Positions 1 to 12,100 of a stretch of DNA of 36,978 nucleotides are shown one piece after another. Under the pieces are notes generated by a model. It was not told the origin of the DNA and did no database searches. It saw only the letters and a program-made list of their open reading frames with translations. The translations under genes and the position numbers were made by a program. The stretch spans positions 33,214,849-33,251,826 of the forward strand of contig NC_068988.1 of the NCBI RefSeq assembly GCF_001194135.2, written 5' to 3'. The DNA is from Octopus bimaculoides (lineage: Eukaryota). Numbering within the stretch: position 1 is the stretch's first letter; every line of letters starts with the position of its first letter.

Positions 1-13
1 ATATATATAAGGT

Positions 14-284
14 GAGAAAAAGAGTCCTCAAATACCAGAGGTAGAGTAATGTGCTTTATTTGTTGTGTTTACTTTGTTCATTATATACCTAAGACCGTTA
101 TTTGAAGCGACGAATGAAACAGATCCATGTTTTTTTTTTTAATTTATATTAGTTTTGATTGCATCGTCATTTCTCTGCCATTTCTAAAAGAAACTGTCCG
201 ATGAACGGTAACGTGAAACTCTGAGTAACAGCTTTTAAATAAAGTATATTACTTTACCTCTGGTATTTGAATACTCTTTTTCTC
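14..284. repeat. 48-bp inverted repeat (14-61 / 237-284)
   Basis: By hand alignment, 43 of 48 positions are complementary. The left arm follows a (TA)n run and the right arm starts immediately after hammerhead stem I. Confidence 0.9.
186..236 (+). ncRNA. Minimal type-I hammerhead ribozyme motif in the PLE pLTR
   Basis: Stem I is ctgt(194-197)/acag(228-231), extended by aaaag(186-190)/ctttt(232-236). Core CCGATGA (198-204). Stem II is acg/cgt closed by a GTAA (GNRA) loop (205-214), followed by GAAA (215-218). Stem III is ctc-t-gag (219-225), and the GTA cleavage triplet is at 225-227. Confidence 0.8.
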
Positions 285-1775
285 CAGATTGTTGCACATT
301 TATGAGCTTACTCCGGCGTAACATACTCCTTTTTTTGGAAAGTTTGAGCGACTCTACACAACTAGGAAGAAACAGTTGAAAAAGATGGAACTTTACCCTT
401 TGGGGTCTTCTCAAGAAAATTATACCTATCCCTGCACAGAAGCAATATCTTAAAAGTCTTCTAGAGAAAACAGAAGAGTGTGTTCGAAGATTGAGATGTA
501 AAGCCTTCTTCTTTTACACTAAACAAAAAAACTAACGAAAACAAATTCGGACTTAAATCTTCCAGGAATCCACCACCTATTCCGGACTTAGATGCCTTCG
601 AAAAAGACCTTTTCGATCTTATTAAAAAAATTAGATTCCGTAAATATACCAACCATCTACAGAGAGATATGAAAGAACAAAATTACAGAAATTAAAAACT
701 CGAATAAGATCTTCGTTAATTCTGACAAGGCAAAAAACGGTTGATAAGGACGCTTACAAGCGTCTAATTTGGAATAGCATCACATATGCATACAAACAAA
801 GATAACACAAATTTATACCAACAGGTGAATTTGGCAAGAAGAATAGCTAACATTCTTAAGATTAGCGATACAATAGAATACCTTTCCCCCCGATCTGCTT
901 TTATTACTCTAAAAGACGATAAAGCCAATTTTAATAGAAACCCCAGATGTAGATTGATTAATCCTGCAAAAACTGAAATAGGGATTATTAGCAGATATAT
1001 TTTAGATCGAGTTTTAACTAAGATAGTGATTTAAATTTACGGATTTGGAAAAATAATAAGTCAGTAATAGATTGGCTTAAAGGGTTTAGGCATAAGCATA
1101 ACTGCAAATTTACGCAATTTGATATTGTTGATTTTAACCCATCAATATCCAGACCTTTTATCCTGAAAGCATTAGAATTCGCCAAACATCGATAGCTCGG
1201 AAATAGCTATTATCATACATGCAAGAAAATCACTTTATTTTTATGAGGAATCTACCTGGATTAAAAAGAGTGAGGATTCTCTTTTCGATATACCGATGGG
1301 GTCATACGACGGAGCTGTGTTATGTACGCTTATAAGAGTTTACAATTTGCACAATCTAAAGCTAGAATTCCTGTTTATAGATGTAGGATTGTATAAGGAT
1401 GACGGCCTTATAGTCAGCCATAATTTAAACGGCCATGAATTAGATAAACTTAGGAATGATCTAATTGCTTTTTTGCGAAGGATAGGCTTGCGGATTACAA
1501 TAGATACTAACCGGAAAAAAGTTGATTTCTTAGATGTATATTTACACTTGAAATCAAATAAATTCAAACTTTACCGTAAGCCTAATGATAAACTCTAATA
1601 TTAGCAAAGAATCCAACCATCCGCCAGTTAATCTTAGAAACTTAGTAACGTAGGTAGGCGAATATCATCAATTTCTACGGATGAGGCAGCGTTCCAAAAC
1701 GCAGCACCTTGTTATAATAATGCTTTAAGGAATAGTGGATACTCTGATAGGATCCAGTATACCCATAGTTGTTTT

Positions 1776-1846
1776 TTGCCCCCGCTGGTTGAAGTATATT
1801 CTTTGCCCCTGGCTGGTTGAAGCATATAAGTTGCCCTTATTGGTTA
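1776..1846. repeat. Short ~27-28 bp tandem repeat, about 2.5 copies
   Basis: ttgcccccgctggttgaagtatattct / ttgcccctggctggttgaagcatataag / ttgcccttattggtta. Confidence 0.7.
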
Positions 1847-2067
1847 GATTTATTGAAGACAGGCTAAAATTTATGCTGTGGTGAGAAATGAGTTTAGACT
1901 TGTAAAGAAATGTTTATGTAAGAATTTAACTAGAAGAGAGAGGGGTGGGACAAATCATAGGATCTTGCGCCTGCTGCCTTTAGAGGGCTAAGAGCGAGTG
2001 GGTATAGTGGGCGAGTCGAGGCTTGTAGTCATTATAACTTCGAAGTGGTCGATGGAGCTGGTCATAT

Positions 2068-2110
2068 GTATACACACACACACACATACTTACATACACA
2101 CACGTGTGTG

Positions 2111-2148
<38 letters not shown>

Positions 2149-2229
2149 TACCAGTATACGCGCACGCGCACAGACAGGCATATGTGTATATATATATATA
2201 AATATATATANNNNNNNNNNNNNNNNNNN

Positions 2230-2299
<70 letters not shown>

Positions 2300-2336
2300 C
2301 ATGTGTATATATGCATACACATATGCACATATATAT
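2068..2336. repeat. Compound (CA)/(TG)/(TA)n microsatellite containing an N-gap (2211-2229)
   Basis: Directly visible. Confidence 0.95.
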
Positions 2337-3479
2337 TTAACGTAGTTTCCTGCTTGTTGCTATTATTTCATTTGCTTGCTCACTGCACTTATCTACTGAA
2401 AGGATTTAAAATGAAGCGTGTTCGATATTTCACGTTCTGTGTGTACTTCAGACTTTCTATATCTAGAACGAAATTATCCACAGAATAATTCCATTGCAAC
2501 TCTAGGCTGTAATTTAGAGGTATTGGATAATAATTGTAGAATAATGTGCGACCACAGAAATGATCATTGCTTTTCCTAACTTAGTTAATGATATGGCTTT
2601 TTCTGTGATTTTCGCATTTTTGATACAGAACAATGCATTTTTTTTTCTTTTCGAAAATTCGTTATATCCATTTATATCTACATCCTATCATTTCTCTTTT
2701 ACTGCAGACGAATAGAGTTCAACGTTGCAAACGTCAGTTATATCTTTGAATAATAATTTACCGTGCGGAAATTTTATGCTTTCATTTTCCATTAAATGTC
2801 TAAATAGCTTTCTTGAAATATAACATTTACCAAGAGAATGACATCAGTCAATATTTATGACCGCCACCCTCTCAAATATCATTTTTTTAAATAAGTATTT
2901 TACTCCGTAGGTCTAAAATTATATTACATTATTTTGTGACTCTTCTTTTCTCCACGTAACATTTATAGCTATAACATATTTTATAATGTTGGAAAAGAGA
3001 TATTTCTATATATTAAAGACTAAGAAAATATCAACTTATATATAATCCATTTTGCAAAATATTTAAGGTGTAACATCTTACAATATTATACATTATTTGC
3101 CAAGTTGCATCGGCAAAATTGTTCAGAGGGAGATGCACTGATAAAAGTAAACTCAGGTAGAGTATAAATAAATCGAGAGCTATTTAGAATTGCATCTCTG
3201 AAAGATATACTGATTTTTTTGTATAAACTGAGAAATTTTAATAATCTTACTCATTCAAGTTAATGAAAATTTTGCCTTTCGTAGTCCTACTACTGCAATG
3301 TATAGTGGAATATTTTTTCTTTTGTTTCTTTGAATATAGGTCGTATCGTTACTCGTTACGAAGTGCACTTCGAAAAGAGAAGTTTCGGAATTCAGTCCCT
3401 TGTAATAAAATCATAAAATGCTCTTTTGCATTACACCGAAACTGAGAAAGCATTTGTAAGTAGAAGCTGGGACGTGGTG

Positions 3480-3800
3480 ACTGCTCTCCGTTGGGTGGTT
3501 AGGAAATATTTACAGTGTGCCTGAGAGGTATTATAGCATTGGCTTGGTATGAAGGAAGGCTATTGTAAGTGGATCGAACACAAGCAAAAGAAATTTGCGA
3601 AATAAATTGGCATCATCGAGTACAGTTGGAATTAAGTATGTGGGACGAAATTTTGGAACACGAGATTATCTTTCTATATCCGAGTTGAAAGTACGGTGAA
3701 AGTACGAGAAATAAGAATAGATATGGAGTGCTTGATATGAATGTGAAACAGACTGAGGTAGATGTAGAGGTGGAGACGGTGGGTATATTGAAAGACGAAC
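3480..3800 (-). mobile_element. Possible decayed CR1/Jockey-group LINE 3' fragment
   Basis: The minus-strand translation SFACVRSTYNSLPS weakly resembles the C-terminal SFFPRT.RLWNSLP motif. The rest is only loosely similar. Confidence 0.2.
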
Positions 3801-4170
3801 GTGTGAGGAATTCTTTTTTTTATTTTATAGCAGTAGAGATACTTAAATGACAAATCTGACGTCAAAAACAGAGGAGGGGATTCTAAGCAGAGGTGAAATT
3901 AATTGTGCAAAGAGCCGAGAGTAATTTGTTGTTTGCTAAGAAAACAATGTAATAAACTGTTTAATAGAATGATGGTATAGTTCCGTAATAAAGTCAGTCT
4001 ATGTGAATGTACGTATATACATATGTATATATGTATTTACATCCAGTCACTACAATTGATTCGACTCATCCTGCATCTGTACATCACGGGTGGTAACTTC
4101 ATCTTCTCAGATGATCTTTTAAACAACTCCCTCGCACTTTAATTTACTGGTGTGTATGATATCAAAACAA

Positions 4171-4523
4171 ATATATATATATATATATANNNNNNNNNNN
4201 NNNNNNNNNNNNNNNNNNNNNNNNNNNNNNNNNNNNNNNNNNNNNNNNNNNNNNNNNNNNNNNNNNNNNNNNNNNNNNNNNNNNNNNNNNNNNNNNNNNN
4301 NNNNNNNNNNNNNNNNNNNNNNNNNNNNNNNNNNNNNNNNNNNNNNNNNNNNNNNNNNNNNNNNNNNNNNNNNNNNNNNNNNNNNNNNNNNNNNNNNNNN
4401 NNNNNNNNNNNNNNNNNNNNNNNNNNNNNNNNNNNNNNNNNNNNNNNNNNNNNNNNNNNNNNNNNNNNNNNNNNNNNNNNNNNNNNNNNNNNNNNNNNNN
4501 NNNNNNNNNNNNNNNNNNNNNNN

Positions 4524-4576
<53 letters not shown>
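4171..4576. repeat. (TA)n, N-gap (4190-4523), then (GT)n microsatellite
   Basis: Directly visible. Confidence 0.95.
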
Positions 4577-4579
<3 letters not shown>

Positions 4580-6137
4580 ATTATTTCAAGTTTCATTCAC
4601 CTCATGTCACTTAAAATTTCACAGGCTTCATGTAGAAAACTAGTGAATTGATGCTGGAAGTTCATGATGCCTACTGGAATCTAGGCTGTTAGTGGTCAAA
4701 GGGTATCTCATGTTGTTAAAAGTGAGGTCGGCATTTTGCAACATCAGACACATTACGGAGGACCACGTGGCTGTAAAGTAGCTGGTAGCATGCTGCTTCA
4801 GTGCTCATATATGCGTGTGTTTGTGTGTGTGTGTGTGTTCGTGCGCGTGTGTGTATGTATGTGCATGTTTGTGTGTTTGTGAGCAGTTTTACATGGTAGA
4901 ATCGAAACAGGAAATCTTATGACCAGTCGTTTGTCTCAGCAAATATCTTTATATTCAACTGAGAGACCCATATTTTCCGTAAGCTAGCAACTGCATAAAT
5001 TTTCGATGCTATAAAGTTCTTTATATATCATTAAATACACTTCTCTCTTGTCTCGACTCTCTACATATATATGTAAGTTTTATATGCTGTCGTTTGTTTG
5101 AATGACAGTATTTCCATGTATGTAACAATGCTTTCTGTATCTGTCTTCGAAATACATTTCGTAATCTATGAAGTAATTTAATGTAACCTGCCGAAATAAA
5201 TGGTTTTTAATAAATATTTATACGTGTCTACAATGAATTGCCACTTCATAAATTTTGGTATAAATCTAAAGTGCCTAATCTCCACAGGAATATATTCAAA
5301 CAGACAAGAATATGTAAAAATAGCTCATAAATATGTAATAAATTGTCCGGACAATTACTTCATCAAATCTATGCAAAATTACGTATTTGGAAATGGCAGC
5401 ATAGTAAAAATCCAATAAAGGATACGTTGTATTAACTTCCAGTAGAAGAAAATTTGAACCTGATTTTTGCATACATTTAGAATTTTCTTCTGTAACATAT
5501 AACGAAATAGACTGTTAACATTCGAAAATTATTCAAAAGTGAGGAAAACTTACATTTAGTATTTTGTTGGCTTATACGAAGATATATTTCAGGCAATAAT
5601 GCCAATGTTATGCCAAATGACTAATCTAGTAAATGCATTTCTATGATCATAAGTAAATTTAGACAGAAAAAGCATCCTACTTTAATATTTATTAATATTC
5701 ATGTTTTTGGTCATAAAATGATTTGTGCAGGATCAAATTGTCAATATGTTAAAAACAATAACTACATTTATTAAAATTAATGATCCGTAATTTATGGCAA
5801 TCTTCCTCGAAAATAAACTGCAAAATGGTCGCTAATATGTTGTCAAAAATGAGTTCACATAATTGATGAAGCCTTCAACTTAGCCGCAATGTAACTTCAT
5901 GTTCATCGTGAGGCTAGGAAAAATAACAACTAGTCACGTAAAAAAAGGGCTTAAAATACTCGATGAAAATAAGTTCCAAAAACGTACAAAGCCCTTTGTA
6001 TAATTTTCAATTCATTGTTTTCTCGAATATCTAGTTGTGTGAAATGTATGTTTGTGTGCGCATCTGTATATACCCTCACAAATGCGCGGAGATGCACAAG
6101 TAAATGTACACATCTTTGTACACACAAACAAACAGGC

Positions 6138-6176
6138 AGACACACACACACACGCGCACGCACGCACACACACACG

Positions 6177-6209
<33 letters not shown>

Positions 6210-6370
6210 GTTTCTATATTATGTTTGTGTGAATGTCAGCGTCTGTATTTGCTCAAAGTAACAGATTTGCGCACATTAACCTGTTGTTTGTTTATTTGAA
6301 GAAAACTCAGTGTATACTCTACTGCTACTTTTAGTATACATACACACACACACACACGCACACACACACA

Positions 6371-6404
<34 letters not shown>

Positions 6405-6415
6405 TGCACACACAT
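6138..6415. repeat. Two (CA)n/(CG)n-rich microsatellites (~6138-6210 and ~6338-6415)
   Basis: Directly visible. Confidence 0.9.
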
Positions 6416-7610
6416 TTGTATGACAGCATGTTTGGGTTTCATTGTAATCAGGTAATACTGAAATATCAACTTGTATTTAAATACGTGTCTATAGGATATA
6501 AATGATATATAAATACATGTGTTGGCTTTATCAACTAATGTAGGTTTTGTATATAATGGATGGCACAAGATAATGATATACTGAAGAAAAGTGAAGCATT
6601 AAGAATCCAAACACACCAGATTTCTCAAATAGAGCCTCACATATAAATGAATATCTATTTAAAACATGGTATCAAGAATAAACTTGGTGTAGTAAGCTAA
6701 GGTGAATAGGATCCGTCAGTACTTCCAACCTTCTAATAGATATTAATTCATGTTTAACTGTTTCAAACAGCATTATATAGCGAATATTTAGGTATCGAAA
6801 TTCCATGACTTGACAAGTACTATTTTCAGTTAATTCCGGTTAATCGCCCATAATATAATAGAAATTATTACCCAGAAGTTGATTTGTTCAAAAACTCTTG
6901 TCTGGGAAGAAAACATTCCCGAAATAGTTTCGAATTATTTCTTTCATAATTAATTTTATGTTTGTTAATATCTTTAAATTAATGTAACATCATATTTTTA
7001 GTGATAATTTTGTTTCCTTGAGCAATCATGCATGATCTTAGTCAAAGGAAATCAAGCGGACTTGTGTTGCATATAGTTTCAGTACTCCTGTGTTCCATCG
7101 TTTCTAGTCTATGGCTTAATATTAAGAGTACTACTATCTTAGATTTCCTCTGATGAAGTTATCACGTAACTGTATAGTTTTATGGATATCAGGCTTTTGG
7201 ATAAACGACAGCTTCATATAAAAATATGGAATATATTACTCTTTCATCAAGGTATGTAATCTAATTTTATTTTGAAATAATTCTCCCATACAAGTAAAAT
7301 GTTGATCATTATATTTTTATTCGTAGATTTCACAAAAAAGGTGAAACATCTAAGGTTTTCTTCAAATTTTCAGTATTCACATTAAAACATTTCTGTAATA
7401 ATAATAAAAACATATACAGATGTTAAACTAAACATCTTGTGTATGTGCAGTTTATTCAAATGATTTTTATAAAGAAATGTTTGAAGGCTAGAGAGTTGTT
7501 TCTTTGCTGAACTGCTTTCTCGTGTAGAAATCAGTAGATTTGCATGTATGTCACATCCTAAAAAAATATATAAGGTGATGTAAAAATCGGTTGTGACGGG
7601 GTATATTCAT

Positions 7611-8149
7611 ATTACCGTACTATCAGCGCCAAGCACTGTTTAGGCATAAGCGAAGGTCAGTTAAAATATGTTTATGACATAATTCAACTGCTAAAAGGTA
7701 AATTCATTGCAGTTAGCGTAGAGAAAATTTCTCTCTAATGGTAAAAAGTTGGAAAAGTTCTATGTCTGTCCAGTGTCGCCCTGTGTCGGATTCCCAGACA
7801 CCGAAGTTTCTAGTTCTTTAGCCGATATAAATGCGTTATACCTAAGAGTATCAACTCTGCACAGATCTTATTAAAGCCTTGGCGTTAACTAAAATACCAT
7901 AAAAAGAAAAAAAAGACATTGACTAATCTGCGCCAGTAGACCGCCGAGTTCGTGGAAATTATCGTAATATCAGTAGCAAGCACTATTTAGGCACAAGTGA
8001 ACTTTAGGTTAGTTAAAAATATTTGTGTCATAGTTTAACCGCTAAAAAGCAACTTCAACGCAGTTAGCGTGGGAAAAAATGCCTTTTATGTTAAAAGGTG
8101 CAAAAACCCTCTACCTTTCCAGTGTCGCCCCCTGTCAGATTCCCAGCCA
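7611..8149. repeat. Diverged direct repeat of ~190 bp with a ~347-bp period (7611-7800 / 7958-8149)
   Basis: Shared collinear blocks include caagcact.tttaggca.aag.gaa, gcagttagcgt and tccagtgtcgccc..tgtc.gattcccag.ca. Confidence 0.85.
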
Positions 8150-9061
8150 TACATTTTTTTTTGCACTTTAGACGTTATCAAAGGGAAATAACTGAGTGAA
8201 GAATTTATAATGAAAATGAAATTTCATGGCAAGTATTATCCAGCATTGTGATTTCTCAAATTCACAATAAGTACAAGTCACCGAGGTGACACTTGTCTAT
8301 CAGTAGACAATTTTTTTTTTGTTCATCTATTAAACTACCAAAATATTTGAACGGCAGAATAGTGATGCATCTTTTTGTATGCATGAATACACATGTCACG
8401 ATAATAATTATTTTAATCGAAAATGAATGTTCAGTAAGTCTTAAACAGTTGGTAGTTTCAATGGTGTTTAAAAGCATAAAATTGCTTGTAAATCTTTTAA
8501 TTCAGACAGGTTCATAACTCAAAGAAAGCGCTAAGGTAATAAAATTTACAGCAATTGTTAAGTTGTGAATGGATTGCTTTTTCTTAATGGAACCCTTTCA
8601 AGGTTTTATTATGGCTATTGAATATCAAAATTTTAATCTTACTTTAACATATTATAGCACTATCTTAATAAATATCTTCTAAAACACCTTCTATAATAAT
8701 GGTTAATTATAAGATGCAGGAAAAGTTTAGCTACTTAACATTGTAATAAATGGTACTTTGATGTTACTGTCTTTCTAAACGTTATTAGAATAATGAGCAA
8801 CAAGAAGGAATGCTTGTTATGCGTAGGTCGGATATGAAGTATAATGATATATAAACCCTTTATCGTAATTATTAGGGAATGGTAGTGAATAATATTATTA
8901 TACTGGAGTATACATGTATAAAGATAAGTTAATAGTTCGATATATTGATAGACAGATACATAAATAGATTAATGAATTGCATAAAAGTTATAGGATTCCA
9001 ATTGTGGAATGAATTGCCTGAATGAGAAGCCGATATTGCAAATGTTATTCGTTGTATACTT

Positions 9062-9076
9062 ATGTGCGTGCGTGCA

Positions 9077-9116
<40 letters not shown>

Positions 9117-9257
9117 TATGTGTGTGTGTGTGTAGGTGTGTGTGTGTGTGGATATGGAGCAATTTCATCCTGTTCTCCGATTTGCATATTTTATATGCAC
9201 ATTCATAAAAATTCTAATATACATCACATCAACGGATGAATGCTAAGATAATCACAT

Positions 9258-9303
<46 letters not shown>

Positions 9304-9313
9304 NNNNNNNNNN

Positions 9314-9360
<47 letters not shown>

Positions 9361-9362
9361 CA
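9062..9362. repeat. (TG)n and (CA)/(TA)n microsatellites with an N-gap (9304-9313)
   Basis: Directly visible. Confidence 0.9.
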
Positions 9363-11299
9363 TGTGCTTGCACAATATGCATAGAGTTGTATGTGTCTGC
9401 ATTATTATGTGACCACGTGTAATTTCGGGGAATTAATATCATAGCCATTTTCGTCCAAGAAATCCTTTTTATTAGATTTCTCATCGTTACATGTAGTTTC
9501 CAGTTTTCCTTTTGGATACGTTTATCGATAATAAATTGGCTGTCGCTTCTTCAAGCAACAATTAGAGCAAGTTTTTGGTGTTTCGAGTGAATAATTACAA
9601 CTGAATGCATACAGCAATGTTTTCAGAGAATACAGAAAATTAGAAGATTATGTTTATAATTTGCGAAATTACAACTATAGATACATTTGGTTATAAATTG
9701 CCCAATAATCAGAGCTTTCATTAAAGCAATTAGATTGAAATCTATACACACACAAACAAAAACAACACTCACTCTTATATATATATATATATATATATGC
9801 AGACAAACACACACAGACGTGCACACATACATACACTCATATATACTTATAAACAATTTTCCTGCTGTTGCATGTAATTTTGGAGTGTCTTAATTCAGTA
9901 TAAATTTATCATTCATATTTACGTTCTCTATTGAAAGCCAACAAATCCGAAAGATTCTATATCATTTTACAAGAAGATAAGTTTAAAATTTTCTACGAAT
10001 ATCATTAGAATGAAATTGATATTTATCATTAGTGACGGTATGTGCAATTCTCTCAAAACAGATGTTAGCTAAAAGGTACTCATGTTACGAGAGGTAATAA
10101 TTATTGCATATAAGACTACATAACAGGCTTACTGATTTACGAATGTAATTCATCGCAGCAAACTTTATTTCGCTTCATGGGATCACTGATTTCAGCAATT
10201 CATTGGAATTGCTTTCTGTTTTTTTCTGATTTAATTCATCATACCGAATTTGATCTGCTCTACCAGTTACTTTACGTCAGCAATTTATTTGGAAATATAT
10301 AGAACTTTTCAGTTCATGTAATTCAGTATATTATAACGTGTTCGTAAATATAATTGAAACATCAGTCAACACTACATTATTTCTGTTGATACCAAAAAAA
10401 GCGGAAAGGATGCCTTTCATTGTATAATGTGTCATAATCAGAAATTACAAATATATGGAGAACATACTATTCATATACTGCAAGTAAAAATCGTGTATGC
10501 AAAATATATTTATCTAAGCATTCGTATCCCAGAATTCAAAAATATTAATTGGTATGATGTATGAAATATTTTTATGCGAAATGAAATGCACTGCGCTATT
10601 TAAAATTCTTTTTACATTCTACCATATTTTAGATTTGTTTCTCATCAATCTGCTAAGTTAAAAAGTAAAACCATGTTTCTATAATGTATGTTCCTGCATG
10701 GTATTACTGAAGAGCAATCTAATTATTACAACATTTATGTATATAATTATATTATACACAGCAGACTTTTGAGATACTATACATTGTCAGGAATATCAGT
10801 TTGCGGTTGTCGATATTTATTTTGAATGCATATACGTTTTTGTGTGCGTAATAATATTTCATATAAACAAACACGCAAAAGAATAAAAAAAAATCTTGGA
10901 ACATTCTGAAATAATGTAACATTATCCAAGCAATGAATAATACAAAGGCTTACATTATTCATAAGATGTATGGACTCTTACGAAAAGATAGAGGGAAGTC
11001 TATTAAGTTAGCCTACATAGGAGAAAAAACAGTCAAAAACATTCACGTCGTAGAATAACGTCATTTATTGAGAAAGGAATAACTTTTGCATTCCTAAGCA
11101 ACACATCGTATATCATTGTGCACGCGTCTTATTAATCTATATATATCTATGAAAAAGGCGGTCTTTTTCGAATTGCATCCCGGTAAAATGTATGTATATA
11201 TATTTATTTGTATATATATATTTATTTATACATATATTATCTCTACAGATTAAAAAAATAATTTTTTCTGAATTTTTTTTAATAACACACCTTAGTGTA

Positions 11300-11372
11300 G
11301 ACCCTGGGTAGGATTGAACCCTAGTCAGGATATACAATGTCCAATTAACTCTCTACCCACAAGACCACCAAG
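11300..11372 (-). mobile_element. tRNA-like head (SINE remnant or tRNA pseudogene)
   Basis: The minus strand has an A-box-like TGGTCTTGTGGGTAG and a B-box GGTTCAATCC (11311-11320) at tRNA-like spacing. No clean cloverleaf is visible. Confidence 0.4.
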
Positions 11373-11483
11373 ACACCCAACATGAATGTAGTAAATTAAG
11401 CGATATTTAAATCTATCATAACTAAAGATAAAAAAGGAAAGCTATCTCATCACAGCTGTAGTTCTGATTAGTAAGTAGGGATT

Positions 11484-11532
<49 letters not shown>

Positions 11533-11536
11533 GTAT

Positions 11537-11755
11537 GTGTTTGAGTGTCTGTGTTTGTCCCATTCACAACCGCTTGACAACCGTTGTTGGTGTGTTTACC
11601 TCTCTCTAACTTAGCGGTTCGGCAAAAGAGAACGATAAAGTAAGTACTAGGCTTACAAAGAATAAGTCCTGGGGGTCGATTTATTCGACTAAAGGCTGCG
11701 CTGCAACATGGCCGCAGTCAAATGACTGAAACACATAACAGAATAATAGAATAAA
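11537..11755 (+). mobile_element. SINE family A, 3' half, following a (TA)n tract
   Basis: It aligns by eye to 14700-14925 (gtgtttgtccc..accgcttgacaac, ggcaaaaga.aacgata, aagtact.ggctt, tcctgggg.tcgattt, gca(t)g.cc.cagt.aaatg..tgaaaca) and has an A-rich tail. It resembles a high-copy SINE I recall from octopus genomes. Confidence 0.8.
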
Positions 11756-11964
11756 TGTGTATATATATATAGTAATTTTTTTCACGAATGAATAACCTAC
11801 ATTAGTGCTTTTTCACGTATGAATAACTTACTGTTACCTTGCAGATTGCGTTCGCGTAAAGTTGATTGAAATAAGAGTTTTATGTCGCAGTTATTTATAA
11901 TACAAAAATAAAGGCTTTACAAATAGCATAACTGTAATTTGTGAACTCAGAACATCAGACCAGT

Positions 11965-12100
11965 AATTTGGGAGAGGGATAATATACTGGTTTTATCGAC
12001 AGCGAAATGATGGAAATCAAACTAGAGCTCCGCAGGATTCAACGTAAACAAAATGCTGACAGGCGTTTTGCGCGGTGAGCTAATTATTCTGCCAGCTTTC
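11965..12100 (-). mobile_element. SINE family B, diverged copy
   Basis: Similar to 17006-17213 (atttgggagaggg, tttatcgac..cgaaa.gatg.aa, ttctgccagct). Confidence 0.55.

Larger units (their letters stand above)
14..1762 (+). mobile_element. Penelope-like retroelement (Neptune/Nematis-like), decayed. It contains the 5' inverted pLTR segment, the ORF N-terminus and the RT, and is truncated before the GIY-YIG domain.
   Basis: Frameshifted translations give PLE motifs: KIIPIPAQKQYLKSLLEKTEECVRRLRCKAFFF (~415-510), NPRCRLINPAKTEIGIISRYIL (~940-1005), MGSYDGA and GLYKDDGL (1296-1410; YKDD in place of the usual YRDD), KVDFLDV, YRKPND, SNHPP and NALRNSGY (~1520-1745). It has multiple stops and frameshifts. 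Confidence 0.9.

Noticed and set aside
92-125. ttgaagc..gaaac as a tandem partner hammerhead
   Set aside because: It lacks the conserved core and convincing helices.
3359-3372. 14-bp perfect palindrome cgaagtgcacttcg
   Set aside because: A palindrome with 7-bp arms is expected roughly once or twice by chance in 37 kb, and it has no supporting context.
5288-5418. Possible plus-strand terminal exon (GIYSNRQEY..); similar candidates at ~14045 and ~16114
   Set aside because: Each has an acceptor-like site and a short open frame only. They show no homology or consistent gene model and are within chance expectation.
7150-7175. CTGATGA followed by an agtt..aact stem, as a second hammerhead
   Set aside because: No GAAA follows the stem (it reads gtat), and stems I and III cannot be formed.
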